A stretch of 64,000 nt of DNA, taken from the NCBI GenBank assembly GCA_963708135.1, contig OY970192.1, forward strand, positions 2,304,001-2,368,000, given 5' to 3'. Positions 62,832 to 64,000 of the stretch are shown here, piece by piece. Position numbers and translations under genes: made by a program. Numbering within the stretch: the stretch's first letter is position 1; each line of letters begins with the position of its first letter. The notes below the pieces were generated by a model. The model was not told the DNA's origin. It was given only the letters and a program-made list of their open reading frames with translations, and made no database searches. This stretch comes from an uncultured Gemmatimonadales bacterium. Its GTDB lineage: Bacteria > Gemmatimonadota > Gemmatimonadetes > Longimicrobiales > RSA9.

Positions 62832-64000
62832 TTCGACGGGGCCGAGCCCGCCTTCCCCCGGCCGAGCCGCGCCTGCACGTCCATCAGCTGGTCCCGCAGG
62901 AGCGCCGCGCGCTCGAAGTCTCGCGCCGCCGCCGCCTCCCGCATCTGGTGCTCCAGGATCTTGGCCCATTCCTCGAGGTTCACCTCCTGGGCGTAGCTGG
63001 CCCGTGGCTCGGCCACCCGGGCGGGGGCCTGGTGCCGCGCGTCGGCCACGCGCGTGGCGAGCATGCGCTCCTCCACGCTCTTCACGATCGTCTGCGGCGT
63101 GATCCCGTGCGCCTCGTTGTAGCTCCGCTGCATCTCGCGGCGCCGGTCCATCTCCTCAATGCAGCGGGACATGGACCCGGTGACCCGGTCCGCGTACATG
63201 ATGGCCTTGCCGGCGGCGTTGCGGGCGGCGCGGCCGACCGTCTGGATGAGCGAGCGCTCGTCGCGCAGGAACCCCTCCTTGTCTGCGTCCAGGATGGCGA
63301 CGAGCGAGACCTCGGGCAAATCCAGCCCCTCGCGGAGCAGGTTGATGCCGACGAGCACGTCGAACCTGCCGAGCCGGAGGTCGCGCAGGATCTCGACGCG
63401 CTCGATGGCGTCGATGTCGGAGTGCATGTACTGCACGCGGATCCCGATCTCCCTGAGGTAGTCGGAGAGGTCCTCCGACATCCGCTTCGTGAGGGTCGTG
63501 ACCAGCACCCGCTCCTGCCGGGCCTCGCGCTCGCGGATCTCTGCGATCAGGTCATCCACCTGCCCCTTCACCGGCCGCACCTCGACCTCCGGGTCGAGCA
63601 GCCCGGTGGGCCGGATGAGCTGCTCGACGACCACGCCGCCGGAGCGCGCGAGCTCGTAGTCCCCAGGCGTCGCCGAGACGAACAGCGCATGCGGCACCAG
63701 CTCCTCCCACTCCTCGAACCGGAGCGGCCGGTTGTCCAGCGCGCTCGGCAGCCGGAACCCGTAGTCCACCAGCGTCAGCTTGCGGGCACGGTCGCCGTTG
63801 TACATGCCGCGGATCTGCGGCACCGTCTGGTGCGACTCATCCATGATGACGAGGAAGTCCTCCGGGAAGTAGTCGAACAGGCATGCCGGCCGCTCCCCCG
63901 GCGCACGCCCGGTCAGGTGCCGCGAGTAGTTCTCCACCCCAGGGCAGGTGCCGATCTCGAGCAGCATCTCGATATCGAAGTTCGTGCGCTGCTCCAGCCG
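62828..64000 (-). CDS. uvrB: Excinuclease ABC subunit B, C-terminal part (start beyond the window)
   Basis: [41 protein letters not shown] motifs and C-terminal UVR domain. Confidence 0.98.
   Translation of the reverse strand, partial: RLEQRTNFDIEMLLEIGTCPGVENYSRHLTGRAPGERPACLFDYFPEDFLVIMDESHQTVPQIRGMYNGDRARKLTLVDYGFRLPSALDNRPLRFEEWEELVPHALFVSATPGDYELARSGGVVVEQLIRPTGLLDPEVEVRPVKGQVDDLIAEIREREARQERVLVTTLTKRMSEDLSDYLREIGIRVQYMHSDIDAIERVEILRDLRLGRFDVLVGINLLREGLDLPEVSLVAILDADKEGFLRDERSLIQTVGRAARNAAGKAIMYADRVTGSMSRCIEEMDRRREMQRSYNEAHGITPQTIVKSVEERMLATRVADARHQAPARVAEPRASYAQEVNLEEWAKILEHQMREAAAARDFERAALLRDQLMDVQARLGRGKAGSAPSK

Overview
A very GC-rich, gene-dense 64-kb core-genome segment from a diderm bacterium. 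Gene content and synteny suggest Gemmatimonadota (Longimicrobiales-like); this is an inference. About 63 genes lie almost all on the minus strand, many coupled by ATGA/GTGA overlaps. Order along the minus strand: uvrB-tsaE-tsaB-rimI-hemB-ssb-LysM-ccsA-hemA-epimerase-tolQR-TonB/TolA-tolB-pal-cpoB-nrdR-tatC-lptD-hutH-hutI-ftcD-TPR-polyprenyl synthase-membrane protein-tatA; divergent ppiD/surA-like; TPR-aroQ-accB-accC-comB-ftsK-lolA-rimO-hemL-SpoIID-OMP-Gfo/Idh/MocA-lnt-OMP; rpmE-prfA-prmC-YlbF-PIP synthase-ino1-tmk-ctpA; EamA-class 3 asparaginase-CMD-obg-dprA-hemW-hrcA-dnaJ-prmA; orphan; HIT-yqeY; partial ggt. I found no transposase, integrase, prophage, tRNA, rRNA or CRISPR array. The most notable unexplained signals are: (1) a stand-alone ~220-nt structured transcription unit at 407-659 with its own promoter and terminator (candidate novel sRNA or leaderless Arg-rich peptide); (2) a ~150-bp MITE/REP-like element upstream of rpmE; (3) an inositol-lipid gene pair plus a YlbF-like gene inside the prfA-prmC operon; (4) a recurring ECF-type G(G/A)AAC-N17-GT(T/A) motif before envelope genes; (5) internal promoters built on stop codons and apparently leaderless hut genes; (6) two TPR scaffolds with acidic linkers; (7) frameshifts in dprA and ppiD. 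All calls come from reading the sequence; no searches were run.
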